From Armatimonadota bacterium (GTDB lineage Bacteria; Armatimonadota; HRBIN16): a stretch of DNA of 64,000 nucleotides. The stretch covers positions 268,278 through 332,277 of the forward strand of contig BPGT01000003.1 in the NCBI GenBank assembly GCA_026003175.1, read 5' to 3'. A program made the position numbers and the translations under genes. The notes under the pieces were generated by a model that saw only the letters and a list, made by a program, of their open reading frames with translations, was not told the origin of the DNA and made no database searches. This document shows, piece by piece, positions 49,246-58,672 of the stretch (position 1 is the first letter of the stretch; each line of letters opens with the position of its first letter).

Positions 49246-50341
49246 ATGACGACGATGCCTGTATCCGAACCGCGCTACCGGCGTATCCAGAAGCATATCG
49301 AACAGCTCATCGCCCAGCGCAGGGTGTGTGAAGGTGAGCGCATCCCCAGCGAGCGCGAAATCGCCCGCCAGTTCGGCGTGAGCCAGATGACGGTGAACCG
49401 TGCCATTCAGGAGCTGGTGCGGGAAGGGGTGCTGGTGCGCCGAGTGGGTTCGGGCACGTACGTGCGACGCAGGCAGCCTTCTGTCCGCGAATCAACCCGC
49501 GCCACCGTGGTGATGGTACCCGCCCTTCGCCGACCACCTGGAAGAGGATACTTACCTGCGCTGGCCCTTCCACGCGTTCCGCGATAGAGCTATCAAGGAC
49601 GACTACGCGCTGGTGGTGGAACCTGCCTCCCACGAAGGCTACGAAGAGGTCGTGCAGCGCCACCCGGCTGCTGGGTTCATCTTCCTGATACCCGACGAGG
49701 AGGGTTACGATACTCTGCATCGCCTGTTTGTAAGGGGTGTTCCGTTCGTGGTGCTTGGAGCATCGTGGAAGGGTGCGCCCTTCGCCTGCGTGGATAGCGA
49801 CAATATCGGCGGCGCACGCATGGCGATGACATACCTGTTGCGGCTGGGACACAAACGCATTGCCTACGTGAACGGCAAAGATTCCGCTACCAACTGCCGC
49901 GACAGGCTACAGGGCTACCTGCAGGCGATGGAGGAACAGCGAATCCAGGTACAAGATGAGTGGATAGTGCGTCCGCACTCCAACTGGAAATTGAGCGAGG
50001 AGGCAAGGCGCCAGCTGACATCTTTGCTGCTACGTCGGGATGCGGTAACCGCGCTTTTCTGCGCGGGATACTACCTTACGCTGGATGTGCTGGGCTTAAT
50101 ACGCACCCTGCGCCTGCGCGTGCCTGAGGATGTGAGCATTATCAGTTTCGACGACCCCTCTTCAGCGGCGCACTTGCAGCCACCTCTTACTGTCGTGCGG
50201 CAACCGCTTTACACCATGGGCGAACGGGCGGTAGGCAGGCTGCTGAATCTGATACGCGCGCCGGCGAACGAGCCGGGCGGCGTGGAGTACTTGCCGGTGG
50301 AACTGGTCGTACGCAACTCGTGCGAACGCCTGCTGGAGTAA
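49246..50341 (+). CDS. GntR-type HTH + LacI/PBP-like sugar-binding domain transcriptional regulator; frame change at CCCGCCC (49519-49525)
   Basis: ORF 49216-49587 has GntR HTH (..RIPSEREIARQFGVSQMTVNRAIQELVREGVLVRRVGSGTYV). The continuation (PFADHLEEDTYLRWPFHAFRDRAIKDDYALVVEPASHEGYEE...) is in the frame of ORF 49613-50341, which carries a LacI-type ligand-binding domain. Start codon uncertain (49216/49246/49255). Confidence 0.75.
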
Positions 50342-50464
50342 CGTTTCCCTGTGTGTGGCGGGGAAGGCGTCTTTACAGTGAAGTGTTACATAACAAACAG
50401 GCGTTCTGCACGATTGCTATAACACTGCAAGAAACAACAGACAAACATGAGGGAGGTTCCAATC

Positions 50465-51256
50465 ATGAAGCGCAACGGTTTTACGCTCATCGAACTGCTA
50501 GTCGTGATAGCGATTATCGCTATCCTAGCGGCGATTCTGTTCCCGGTGTTCGCCCAGGCACGGGAGAAGGCGCGCATGACCGGCTGCCTTTCCAACACGA
50601 AGCAGATAGGTCTCGCACACAGCATGTACATTCAGGACTACGATGAGACCTTTGTGTGGAACCCCTGGCCCGGCGGACCCGGCGGCGCACCCTGGTGCGG
50701 CAACCCCGACCAGCCTACCCTGATATGGACGGGAGCGCTGATGCCGTACATCAAGAACAAGGGGCTGTTCCAGTGCCCGAGCATCAGCGCGGGTACTACT
50801 GAAAGCGCATGTCCCTGGTGCCCACTGGCGGGTAACTGTCGGTATTACATGGCGAACTACGTTGAGGCGAACGGGCTGTTGCCGGACTACTGTATTACCT
50901 ACGGTTTCAACGAGTACATCATTGGCAACCAGTGTTCGCCTCGCACGCTTGGGGCAATCGGCTCGCCGGCGTCGGTCGCTATCTTCGCCGATGCCATCGC
51001 CATGATGTGGGCGTCGTTCTACGGCATCACCGTCAACGGCGAAGGTCCCTTCTGGTGCGTTTCCGACCCCACCAGCGGCTGGTTGTACGGGCGTCCGGTG
51101 CACCATGTTACCGGTCCAGCCGCGAGACCGGTAGGAGCGATTAACTTCGTGTACGCTGACGGTCACGCCAAATCCGACAGAAACTTCTGGGCGGACGACT
51201 CCTACCCGGTGTACTGTCGTGGCGGTTATCGCGGCGCGCTGCTCTGGAAAGACTGA
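50465..51256 (+). CDS. DUF1559 domain protein with prepilin-type N-terminal methylation domain (paralog 2)
   Basis: GAGGGAGG 8 nt before ATG 50465 ([37 protein letters not shown]...). C-terminal VYADGHAK motif. Confidence 0.9.
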   Translation: MKRNGFTLIELLVVIAIIAILAAILFPVFAQAREKARMTGCLSNTKQIGLAHSMYIQDYDETFVWNPWPGGPGGAPWCGNPDQPTLIWTGALMPYIKNKGLFQCPSISAGTTESACPWCPLAGNCRYYMANYVEANGLLPDYCITYGFNEYIIGNQCSPRTLGAIGSPASVAIFADAIAMMWASFYGITVNGEGPFWCVSDPTSGWLYGRPVHHVTGPAARPVGAINFVYADGHAKSDRNFWADDSYPVYCRGGYRGALLWKD

Positions 51257-51346
51257 GAAAGCAAGACACGCAGAGGGCGAGTCTCCCACTCGATCTATTT
51301 GCACAAAAAGATTTTTTCGGCTTACCGGGAGGTTCGCCCTCCAGCT

Positions 51347-51532
51347 GAGGGTGTTCGAGAATTGTTGAGAAGTTGGTTGTAGCGCAAGGAGAGAGGCGTT
51401 CTTGCTATCCCTGCCTTACCTCGCCCCCGTCCCCTCTCCTACGAGGAGAGGGGCGTTCCCCCTTCCCTTGCAGGGAAGGGGGCAAGGGGGTTAGGTTATC
51501 TATCCATTCAACCAGCAATTTCGAACACCCTC
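51347..51532 (+). mobile_element. MITE copy C (186 bp), flanked by 9-bp direct repeat CCTCCAGCT (51338-51346 / 51533-51541)
   Basis: Perfect TIRs GAGGGTGTTCGAG / TTCGAACACCCTC; one interior mismatch to copy A. Intergenic between DUF1559 and PEP-CTERM genes. Confidence 0.8.
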
Positions 51533-51540
51533 CCTCCAGC

Positions 51541-51569
51541 TTGACAATTTCTGCAAACAGAGCGATAAT
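51541..51569 (+). promoter_or_regulatory. sigma-70-like promoter TTGACA-N17-GATAAT; -35 box begins within the MITE target-site duplication
   Basis: Directly right of MITE C, 56 nt before ATG 51625. Confidence 0.5.
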
Positions 51570-51624
51570 GGACTCCGTAAGGAATACGTATTCCGAAACA
51601 TGACTCGAAAGGAGGGTTCGTCAC

Positions 51625-52539
51625 ATGACACGCTTTGCCTGTGTTGCCGTAACCGTTGCGGCAAGCTTCTTGTTCGTCACCGCTACCTTCGCCCAGCCGG
51701 TCATTGATGGCTCCTGGGACCCCGTCTACCAGGTACTTGCCGTGCAGAACACCCAGACCGGCTTCGGCGACAGCAACCTCGGACAGGTGGACTACGCCAA
51801 CGGCTCCGAACTGGACGTTGCCTATGGAACTTACCACAGTGGCTGGCTCTATCTGCTGCTGGCGGGCAATCTGGAGTCCAACTTCAACAAACTGGAAATC
51901 TTCTTCGACACCCGCCCCGGCGGGCAGAACCGATTGCGCGGAGACAACCCCGACGTGGACTTCAACGGGCTCAACCGCATGGGCGATGACGGCAGCGGCA
52001 ACGGCTTGACCTTTGATCCCGACTTTGAGGCAGACTTCTGGGTTGGGGTGACTGGGGGCGGTTCGCCGTATCGGCTGTATGCGAACTATGCGGAGTTAGG
52101 CAGTCCGGGTTTGGGGTTGTATCTGGGCAACACGGGCGCGGCAAGCGACGGGGCGCTGGTGGATGGGAGCAACCCGTTTGGCATCCGTGTGACGATTAAC
52201 AACAGCAACGCAGGAGGAGTCACCGCAGGCACAGGTGCTGGCAATGGAGCGGACGTGATGACGGGTGTGGAGCTGGCGATACCGCTGAGCGCTCTGGGCA
52301 ACCCGACCACCCCGTACATTAAGGTCTCCGCCTTTATCAACGGCGTAGGACACGACTACCTGTCCAATCAGGTGCTGGCTGGGATAGGTGGTGGAGGCAA
52401 TTTAGGTGAGCCGCGTCAGGTAAACTTCGGCAACATCCCCGGCAACCAGTACTTCCTTGCACCTGTGCCCGAGCCTTCCAGCCTCAGCGTGTTGCTGCTG
52501 GGTCTGGGCGCATGGGCGATACGCAGACGAAGAGGGTAA
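51625..52539 (+). CDS. PEP-CTERM sorting domain-containing secreted protein
   Basis: AGGAGGG before ATG. Signal peptide. C-terminal VPEPSSLSVLLLGLGAWAIRRRRG. Confidence 0.88.
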   Translation: MTRFACVAVTVAASFLFVTATFAQPVIDGSWDPVYQVLAVQNTQTGFGDSNLGQVDYANGSELDVAYGTYHSGWLYLLLAGNLESNFNKLEIFFDTRPGGQNRLRGDNPDVDFNGLNRMGDDGSGNGLTFDPDFEADFWVGVTGGGSPYRLYANYAELGSPGLGLYLGNTGAASDGALVDGSNPFGIRVTINNSNAGGVTAGTGAGNGADVMTGVELAIPLSALGNPTTPYIKVSAFINGVGHDYLSNQVLAGIGGGGNLGEPRQVNFGNIPGNQYFLAPVPEPSSLSVLLLGLGAWAIRRRRG

Positions 52540-52562
52540 GTGCTTTTCCCACACCCGTAGCC

Positions 52563-52588
52563 CCCTCCCGAAGCTTCGGGAGGGGGCA
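52563..52588 (+). terminator. GC-rich perfect palindrome CCCCCTCCCGAAG|CTTCGGGAGGGGG (no U-tract)
   Basis: 13-bp stem 24 nt after stop of PEP-CTERM gene; probable transcription terminator/insulator before next promoter. Confidence 0.45.
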
Positions 52589-52598
52589 CCTCAAACGC

Positions 52599-52628
52599 TT
52601 GACAGGTTTATCGCAGCTAATGTATAAT
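52599..52628 (+). promoter_or_regulatory. sigma-70-like promoter TTGACA-N18-TATAAT
   Basis: Consensus hexamers 60 nt upstream of ATG 52690. Confidence 0.55.
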
Positions 52629-52689
52629 TAATGCAAAGTTATGCCCTTAACCTGTGGGCAAAAATCACCATAGGGAGGTGTGCACAGTC

Positions 52690-53625
52690 ATGAAGCGCGG
52701 CTTTACGCTGATTGAGCTGCTGGTGGTCATCGCGATTATCGCGATACTGGCAGCCATCCTCTTCCCTGTGTTCGCTCAGGCGCGTGAGAAAGCGCGGCAG
52801 GCGTCCTGCCTGAGCAACCTCAAACAGATAGGCACGGGCGTGATGATGTACGTGCAGGACTACGACGAGACTTTCCCGTACAACAGGTTTGTTGGTAATG
52901 GGGGCGCAACGTGGTCTAACTGGAAGTACGGGATCTTCCCGTATGTAAAGAACCTTCAGGTGTATGAATGCCCCAACGCGAAGGCGCAAATCTCCCGAAT
53001 GCTTGGCGACAACGTGAACGCCTGGAGAGGTTCGCCGATGGATGAGACCTGGGCTCACTGCCACCCCAGTTCGCCATGGCTGCGTAACGACCCGCTGTGC
53101 GATATCCCGCGCAGCCAGAACCTGTGGTTCCCTCGCGGCTACACAGTCAACGGTGCAGTGTTCAACCTGGCAGCCTACCAGTCTGGCTATGCAGATACTC
53201 CCAGGAAACTGGCGGACATCGATGTGCCCGCTGAGACCATCTGGCTGCAAGACGGTAAGAACTACGAGCCTGATACCGGTCCCTGGGCGTTGGTTCGCTG
53301 CTGGTGTAATCCGCCTGGTGACCCGTTCGGTGGCGATGTGCCTGCGGCAGGGTCGCCTTGTCTGGATGGCAAGGTGCGCCAGTATGGCTGGCTGGTCAAC
53401 CATCTGAAAGGCGTGCACTTCGTGTTTGCAGATGGGCACGTGAAGTGGACGCGGGTGCAGGGTGCAATTTCTAATAACCTGTGGAAGTGGACCTGCTTCC
53501 GGCGCCCGGGCGAGCGCACGTTCCCTTACGACGGCTACGATAACAACGTGTACAACTGCAGGCAGCCCGATCCGGATACCTGCCGCAACGTTGCACAGTT
53601 ACTGGTGGCCGGCGAGTACAGGTAG
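52690..53625 (+). CDS. DUF1559 domain protein with prepilin-type N-terminal methylation domain (paralog 3)
   Basis: AGGGAGGTG before ATG 52690 ([36 protein letters not shown]...). C-terminal VFADGHVKW. Confidence 0.9.
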   Translation: MKRGFTLIELLVVIAIIAILAAILFPVFAQAREKARQASCLSNLKQIGTGVMMYVQDYDETFPYNRFVGNGGATWSNWKYGIFPYVKNLQVYECPNAKAQISRMLGDNVNAWRGSPMDETWAHCHPSSPWLRNDPLCDIPRSQNLWFPRGYTVNGAVFNLAAYQSGYADTPRKLADIDVPAETIWLQDGKNYEPDTGPWALVRCWCNPPGDPFGGDVPAAGSPCLDGKVRQYGWLVNHLKGVHFVFADGHVKWTRVQGAISNNLWKWTCFRRPGERTFPYDGYDNNVYNCRQPDPDTCRNVAQLLVAGEYR

Positions 53626-53642
53626 TGCTCAACATATCCACG

Positions 53643-53678
53643 CCCCTCTCCCGGCGCCGCGGGAGAGGGGTTTTTTGC
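53643..53678 (+). terminator. rho-independent terminator (CCCCTCTCCCG-gcgccg-CGGGAGAGGGG + TTTTTT)
   Basis: 11-bp stem plus T6, 17 nt after stop of paralog 3. Confidence 0.75.
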
Positions 53679-56527
53679 TACTCTCGCTTACGTGCCCGCT
53701 TCTTGGCATCCAGTAACCTGCCGATTTGCTCGCTGGAGGTGGACGGCTGAGGTGAGGCAGGGTGAGAAGCGGTAGTTTCAACAGCAGCGACCTCTTCCGC
53801 AGGAGACGAAGATGCGGTCGTGGTGGGAGGGGCGTATCTCTCGCGCAATCGCTCTTTGCGCTGCAGGAGCCTTGATGTTGCGGAAGCGTGGGCGGGTGTC
53901 TCGCGTCTCAAGTGGAAACGCGCTAACGCACGTGCCCATACTTGCTGCCACTCAGGCAACACCTCCGCCTGCCACACGATGCGCCTCAGCGCAACGTCCA
54001 CCGGCAGCAGCAACAACGCCACAAATAGCAGGGGGATGCTCGCTTCCGAGGGCACGCGCACCGGAGCGCGTTGAGCACCGAAAATATCCTGCGGCGACGG
54101 CCGTTGTCTGCCTCCGGTGAGGCGCGCTATCTGTTCCAGTAAGGCGGTGTTGCTCTTCAGGTCGCGATATTCGGGCGAATAGGCAACGGTATCGGTTCCG
54201 GTGCTGACTGCTATGGTGCCGTTGGGCAGGCGATACTGTACGGCAACTACGTATGTTCCGTAACCGCGTGCATCGAAGGCGGCTTCGTAGCGAGTGGCGC
54301 CCGTTTGCGATAGCACCAGCGGAATCGCCTGGCCGGTCGGGGCAATCAGTTTGGCGGTCAGCGAGCGCAGGTTTGCGTTCTCGCTGGCAGGTTGTTGCAG
54401 AAGGTCCACGCTCACGTATCCCTTCCCACCCGAGATGTTCACCGTTGTGCGCACATCGTCGGCTGGCAGGCTACGCAGGATGGTGCGCATGGTACGCGCG
54501 GCGAAGGCGGGGAAGTCCGCCCATCTGACCCATTGCGCACACCATTTCGCGCGCCCATCCGAAGTGAACACCATACTGCGCCCGACGCCATACTGCCACA
54601 CCGCAAAGACAGGGTCGTCCTTGTGCGAGAGCAAACCGATCTGCGCTCCCGGCTTGGCAGTGGTGGTGTTGTAGCCGAGTAACGGTGGTGAACTCTCCCA
54701 GTTCAAGCCCGACACGATTTCGTTGCCGGTGTAGCGTACATAGAACGGCTCCTCGATATATTGCGCTTTGCTGGCAATCATCGCCTCTTTGGTGAAGATT
54801 TGGGGCAGGTTCGCCATGCGGTCGGTGTAGTAGTAGCGTCCGCCGCCCGCCTTCGCCAGCTGCTGCAGGAAAGCCTCATCCTTACCGTGACCGAAACAGA
54901 CAACGGTAACGGTGATGCCTGCCTGACGCAGTTTGGCTGCAAGCGGAATCGCTCCTTCCTGATCGTCGCAGTCGTCGCCGTCCGCAAGCACAATCATGTG
55001 CTTCAGTTTGGCTCGGCTGACCTGCATCAGCTTCGCCCCCGCCTCCATGCCGGGGCGCACATAGATACCACCCCCACCTGGTTGGAAGGCAGCGATAGCA
55101 CGCAGAATCTGCTCTTTCTTCTCGCCCACCCGCCACATCGGCACCACTGCGCGGCAGTCGGAACCGGCAGCGATAACGCCTACCTCGTCCTGTGCGGTCA
55201 GGAAGCGCACCACTGTGGCTGCGGCGCGGTTCGCCAGCTCCATCTTGGTAGTTCCGCCTTCCGGCATTGCCATACTGCCCGAATCGTCTATTACCAATAC
55301 AATGCCCACACTGGGAAAAGAGTGGTACTTGCGCACGTCCATCGACACAGGCAGAGCCTCTTCTACAGGCGTTTCAAAGTAGCCTCCCGCGCCGAAGCTG
55401 TCTTCACCGCCTACCATACCCAGCCCGATGCCCAACTCGCGCGTGGCGGTCTGCAGGGCGCGCATAGTTGGGATGCCCAGTTCATAGGCGGGCACGTTGT
55501 GTAGAATCACTGCGTCGTACGCCTGCAGTTGCGCCGGTTGTGTCTTCATTCCCTGCGGATCGACCACCTCTACACGGATCCGTTGTGACTGTGCGGCGAT
55601 GGACAGCGGGGTGGGGTTTCCGCTGTCGGTAACATACAGCACGCGCGGCGTGCCCTGCACACGTACGTAGCCCGCACCGCGATTGTTCTGGGGATAGGTA
55701 TCTACCGGAGCCATCATCGACACCTGGTAGCGATACTGACCCGCGCTGTCCTCGCGGTGCGTCAAGCGCACTAGGTTCTTGCCGCGCTTTAGCGCTACCG
55801 TCTGCGTCTTCACAGGCTGTCCGTCCCGCAGCAGGGTCAGCTCTGCCGATTGCTCGTGGGTGGATTGTATCCACACGCGCATGTCGAACGGCTCGCCCTC
55901 TTTGACCAGCGTGGGCACTTGCACTCGCTCTACCAGCGCCTCAGTGTGCACCTCACGCGGGAAGGGAACCACATGCACCTTTACCCCGCGGCTGGCAGCT
56001 TGCAACGCCTGTGCCGCGGTGTCGCCTGTGTTCGCGTTGCCGTCGGAGAAGAGTACTATCTGCTTACCCGCGTTTTCGGGGAAGGCAGCAAGAGCAAGAC
56101 TGATAGCGCGTCCGATATCGGTCATTTCGGGGGAACTGCTGGCGGGTACGCGGCTCAGGTCGGGGCGTGCGCTCAGCGAGGTCACCACCTGTGGGTCACT
56201 GCCGAAGACGATGACGCCTGCCATGTCGTCCTCGCGCATGTGGCGCACGGCTTCGCGAATGAATCGCAGGGAGGTCTCCCGCTGCTGCGGTTCCACACTT
56301 GCGCTACCGTCTACCACGAAGAACACCGCCTGAGCGGTGGTGGTGCGCACCCAGCGGATTCCCGCCAGCGCGAGGATGATAAGGGTCACCAGCAACAGGC
56401 GCAATCCCAGCGATGCCTGCTTCTGCCAGTGGGGCAGAGCTGCCAGGCTATGTCGATGCACCCACCAAAAGGCGGGCAACACCGCCAGCAAGAGCAACAT
56501 CCACGGGTGTGCGAACTCTACAGGCAT
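53678..56527 (-). CDS. BatA/BatB-like protein with two von Willebrand factor A domains and N-terminal TM anchor
   Basis: MPVEFAHPWMLLLLAVLPAFWW (BatA-like N-terminus). Two VWA MIDAS-type starts VVDGSASV and VIDDSGSM. 949 aa. Confidence 0.85.
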   Translation of the reverse strand: MPVEFAHPWMLLLLAVLPAFWWVHRHSLAALPHWQKQASLGLRLLLVTLIILALAGIRWVRTTTAQAVFFVVDGSASVEPQQRETSLRFIREAVRHMREDDMAGVIVFGSDPQVVTSLSARPDLSRVPASSSPEMTDIGRAISLALAAFPENAGKQIVLFSDGNANTGDTAAQALQAASRGVKVHVVPFPREVHTEALVERVQVPTLVKEGEPFDMRVWIQSTHEQSAELTLLRDGQPVKTQTVALKRGKNLVRLTHREDSAGQYRYQVSMMAPVDTYPQNNRGAGYVRVQGTPRVLYVTDSGNPTPLSIAAQSQRIRVEVVDPQGMKTQPAQLQAYDAVILHNVPAYELGIPTMRALQTATRELGIGLGMVGGEDSFGAGGYFETPVEEALPVSMDVRKYHSFPSVGIVLVIDDSGSMAMPEGGTTKMELANRAAATVVRFLTAQDEVGVIAAGSDCRAVVPMWRVGEKKEQILRAIAAFQPGGGGIYVRPGMEAGAKLMQVSRAKLKHMIVLADGDDCDDQEGAIPLAAKLRQAGITVTVVCFGHGKDEAFLQQLAKAGGGRYYYTDRMANLPQIFTKEAMIASKAQYIEEPFYVRYTGNEIVSGLNWESSPPLLGYNTTTAKPGAQIGLLSHKDDPVFAVWQYGVGRSMVFTSDGRAKWCAQWVRWADFPAFAARTMRTILRSLPADDVRTTVNISGGKGYVSVDLLQQPASENANLRSLTAKLIAPTGQAIPLVLSQTGATRYEAAFDARGYGTYVVAVQYRLPNGTIAVSTGTDTVAYSPEYRDLKSNTALLEQIARLTGGRQRPSPQDIFGAQRAPVRVPSEASIPLLFVALLLLPVDVALRRIVWQAEVLPEWQQVWARALARFHLRRETPAHASATSRLLQRKERLRERYAPPTTTASSSPAEEVAAVETTASHPASPQPSTSSEQIGRLLDAKKRARKRE

Positions 56528-56533
56528 ATCCGC

Positions 56534-58672
56534 TCACCGCAGGGCGCGTTCACATTCCTGACGCAGTTCTTCCAGCGCACGCTGGCGCTCGGGACTGAGG
56601 GACGTCGCCTGTGCCATCGGGTTGTTCTGGCGTGCGGAGCGGTCTGCATCTAAAATCTGCAGGGCGCGAGCGTAACGTTCGTGCACCTCAGCCTGCGACT
56701 TACCCTGTGACCGCGCGATTCGTGCTAACCCCGCGTAGGCGAAGGCGTAATCCACTTCGGGCAGCTCGGGGACTGCACGCACCCGGTTATACACGCTTTT
56801 TTCTATCTCCAGCATTCGCCGATACACCGCCTCCGCCTCTTGTAGTTTACCCTGTTGCTCCAGCGTTTTGCCCAGTTCTACCATCACGCGCAGGGCGTGT
56901 GGGTCCAGATCCAGCGCGTGACGATAAGCGTCGACGGCTCTGGCATGGTCGCCCAGCACATCCCGATACAGATTACCCAGATGGTACCACGTTTTGGAGT
57001 ATGGGGTCAGTTCCACCGAACGACGCAGTGCCTTTTCGGCTTGCTCGGCACGCGAGAGATCGCCCGCGCGTGCCATGCCCAAATAAAGCGTACCCAGAGC
57101 CAGGTAGTGGTCGCCGTTAAAGGGTTCCCAGCGCAGGGCGTGCTGGTAGCCTTCTTCATCTGGGATGCCCTGTGACAGGTTCCAGTTTGCGCTGTTCGCG
57201 CTGAGCGCGCCACCCATGCGCAGAGTCAACACACTCATGGCGATAACCAGCAGGGTGGTGTGGGCGAGATAGAGATGATGGAGAGATGTTGCCTTCCTTC
57301 CGTGCCCCTCTTCCAGAGGGAGAGGGGTGAGCGAAAGCATCAACCCCACGATTGCCCAGAAGGTAAGCAGACAGGCGAAGATAGACCAGTCGGAGTCCAT
57401 CAGGTTACGCGCCAGTCCTGAGGCAATCGCTCCCGCCAAGCCTGCACGAAGCAGTGGACTAAATCCCGCACCATGAGCCTCATTTGTGGTGCGCACTTCA
57501 GTGCGCAAAGCACCCCACGCTAGCACACCTAACGTACTCAGCAGCAATACCAGAGCGGGCAACCCCGCTTCCGCTGCCATCTGCAGGTACGAGTTATGCG
57601 CTAGTCGGGTGAACCCCACGAGAGCGTAGCGCGGGTAGGCTATCTCGTACGTACCCAGCCCCGTGCCCAGCAGGGGGTGAGCCTGTACCATGCGCAAGGT
57701 GCCCCGCCACGTCCATACGCGAAACCCCCCTGAGTGTTCGCCTTCCTGTACCGTTGGTATCGCCACGCGCGCGGTAAGCGAGCGAGCGGTGAAGAACGCC
57801 GTAGCCAGCACCATCAGGCATACGATACCGAACAACAGCGCACGCTGGCGATTCCATGAGCGATTGAACGTCATCCACCCCGCCATCACCACCAGCGCGA
57901 GGATGGCACTTGCCGTACCAAAGCGGGAACCCGTAAGCAGGATAGTGGTCATCTGCATCCACGCACCGAACCCCAGCAGCCAGCGCCATTCCCCTCTCCC
58001 TCTGGGAGAGGAGTCAGGGGTAAGGGCTGGACCAGGCAAGAAAGCCATCGCCAGTGCCAGCGTGACAGGCATGGTCAGGCACAGATAGCCCGCCAGGAAG
58101 TTGGGGTTGAAGAAGGTGCCGAACACGCGCCAGTTGGGCACGATGCGCACGTTCTCCGCGTACTCGCGCATGGCGAAGGCGGAGGCGAGTGTGCCAGCCA
58201 GTGCCAGCGCAAAGCTGACCGTCAAAGCCTGTTCCTCGCGCCTTCGCGAGAAAAGCCACGCGGAGGCAATGGCTACCGCCCACAGGCTCCACGCAACCAC
58301 CGTCCCCCACCGATACGCTGACACCACCACCGACGCCAGCATCCACAACAGCAACAGGGTCGCCAGCACGCGCGCCGAGCGCGGGACAGCGTCATCGCCG
58401 ACAGGAAGTGTTTTCCATTCCCATATCGTGGCGATAAGGGTGAGCAGGGCAATCAGCCAGACAGCAACTGGCAACAGTGTGCCGGTGGTGAACAGGGCGG
58501 TCGCCACCCCACGTAAAGACGGCTCCACCGGCTCGCCGCCCAGCTCCAGTCGACCGGTAGTAAGCGGTGCAAGCACCAGCGCAAGGCTTAACAACCATGT
58601 GGAGGGCGTGGTTTGCAATCGCAAAGGTTGTGGGTATTCAGTTGGTTTCTTGCTCGGATGACCTCTCTTCAT
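56534..58672 (-). CDS. O-antigen ligase (Wzy_C) domain membrane protein with C-terminal TPR repeats
   Basis: ATG 58672 overlaps TGA of upstream GT2 gene (ATGA). Polytopic region with TRLAHNSYLQMAAEAGL (O-antigen-ligase hallmark). C-terminal ~250 aa TPR-like. Confidence 0.8.
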   Translation of the reverse strand: MKRGHPSKKPTEYPQPLRLQTTPSTWLLSLALVLAPLTTGRLELGGEPVEPSLRGVATALFTTGTLLPVAVWLIALLTLIATIWEWKTLPVGDDAVPRSARVLATLLLLWMLASVVVSAYRWGTVVAWSLWAVAIASAWLFSRRREEQALTVSFALALAGTLASAFAMREYAENVRIVPNWRVFGTFFNPNFLAGYLCLTMPVTLALAMAFLPGPALTPDSSPRGRGEWRWLLGFGAWMQMTTILLTGSRFGTASAILALVVMAGWMTFNRSWNRQRALLFGIVCLMVLATAFFTARSLTARVAIPTVQEGEHSGGFRVWTWRGTLRMVQAHPLLGTGLGTYEIAYPRYALVGFTRLAHNSYLQMAAEAGLPALVLLLSTLGVLAWGALRTEVRTTNEAHGAGFSPLLRAGLAGAIASGLARNLMDSDWSIFACLLTFWAIVGLMLSLTPLPLEEGHGRKATSLHHLYLAHTTLLVIAMSVLTLRMGGALSANSANWNLSQGIPDEEGYQHALRWEPFNGDHYLALGTLYLGMARAGDLSRAEQAEKALRRSVELTPYSKTWYHLGNLYRDVLGDHARAVDAYRHALDLDPHALRVMVELGKTLEQQGKLQEAEAVYRRMLEIEKSVYNRVRAVPELPEVDYAFAYAGLARIARSQGKSQAEVHERYARALQILDADRSARQNNPMAQATSLSPERQRALEELRQECERALR

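Noticed and set aside
13117-49525. Interpreting the homopolymer frame changes as programmed ribosomal frameshifts
   Set aside because: No slippery heptamer plus stimulatory structure is evident. The sites are plain G/C (or A) runs in six unrelated genes, the pattern expected from indel errors.
25640-51532. MITE copies as protein-coding or as a tRNA-derived SINE-like element
   Set aside because: No ORF above ~40 codons spans the element and there is no tRNA-like cloverleaf. Interior is dominated by GC palindromes.
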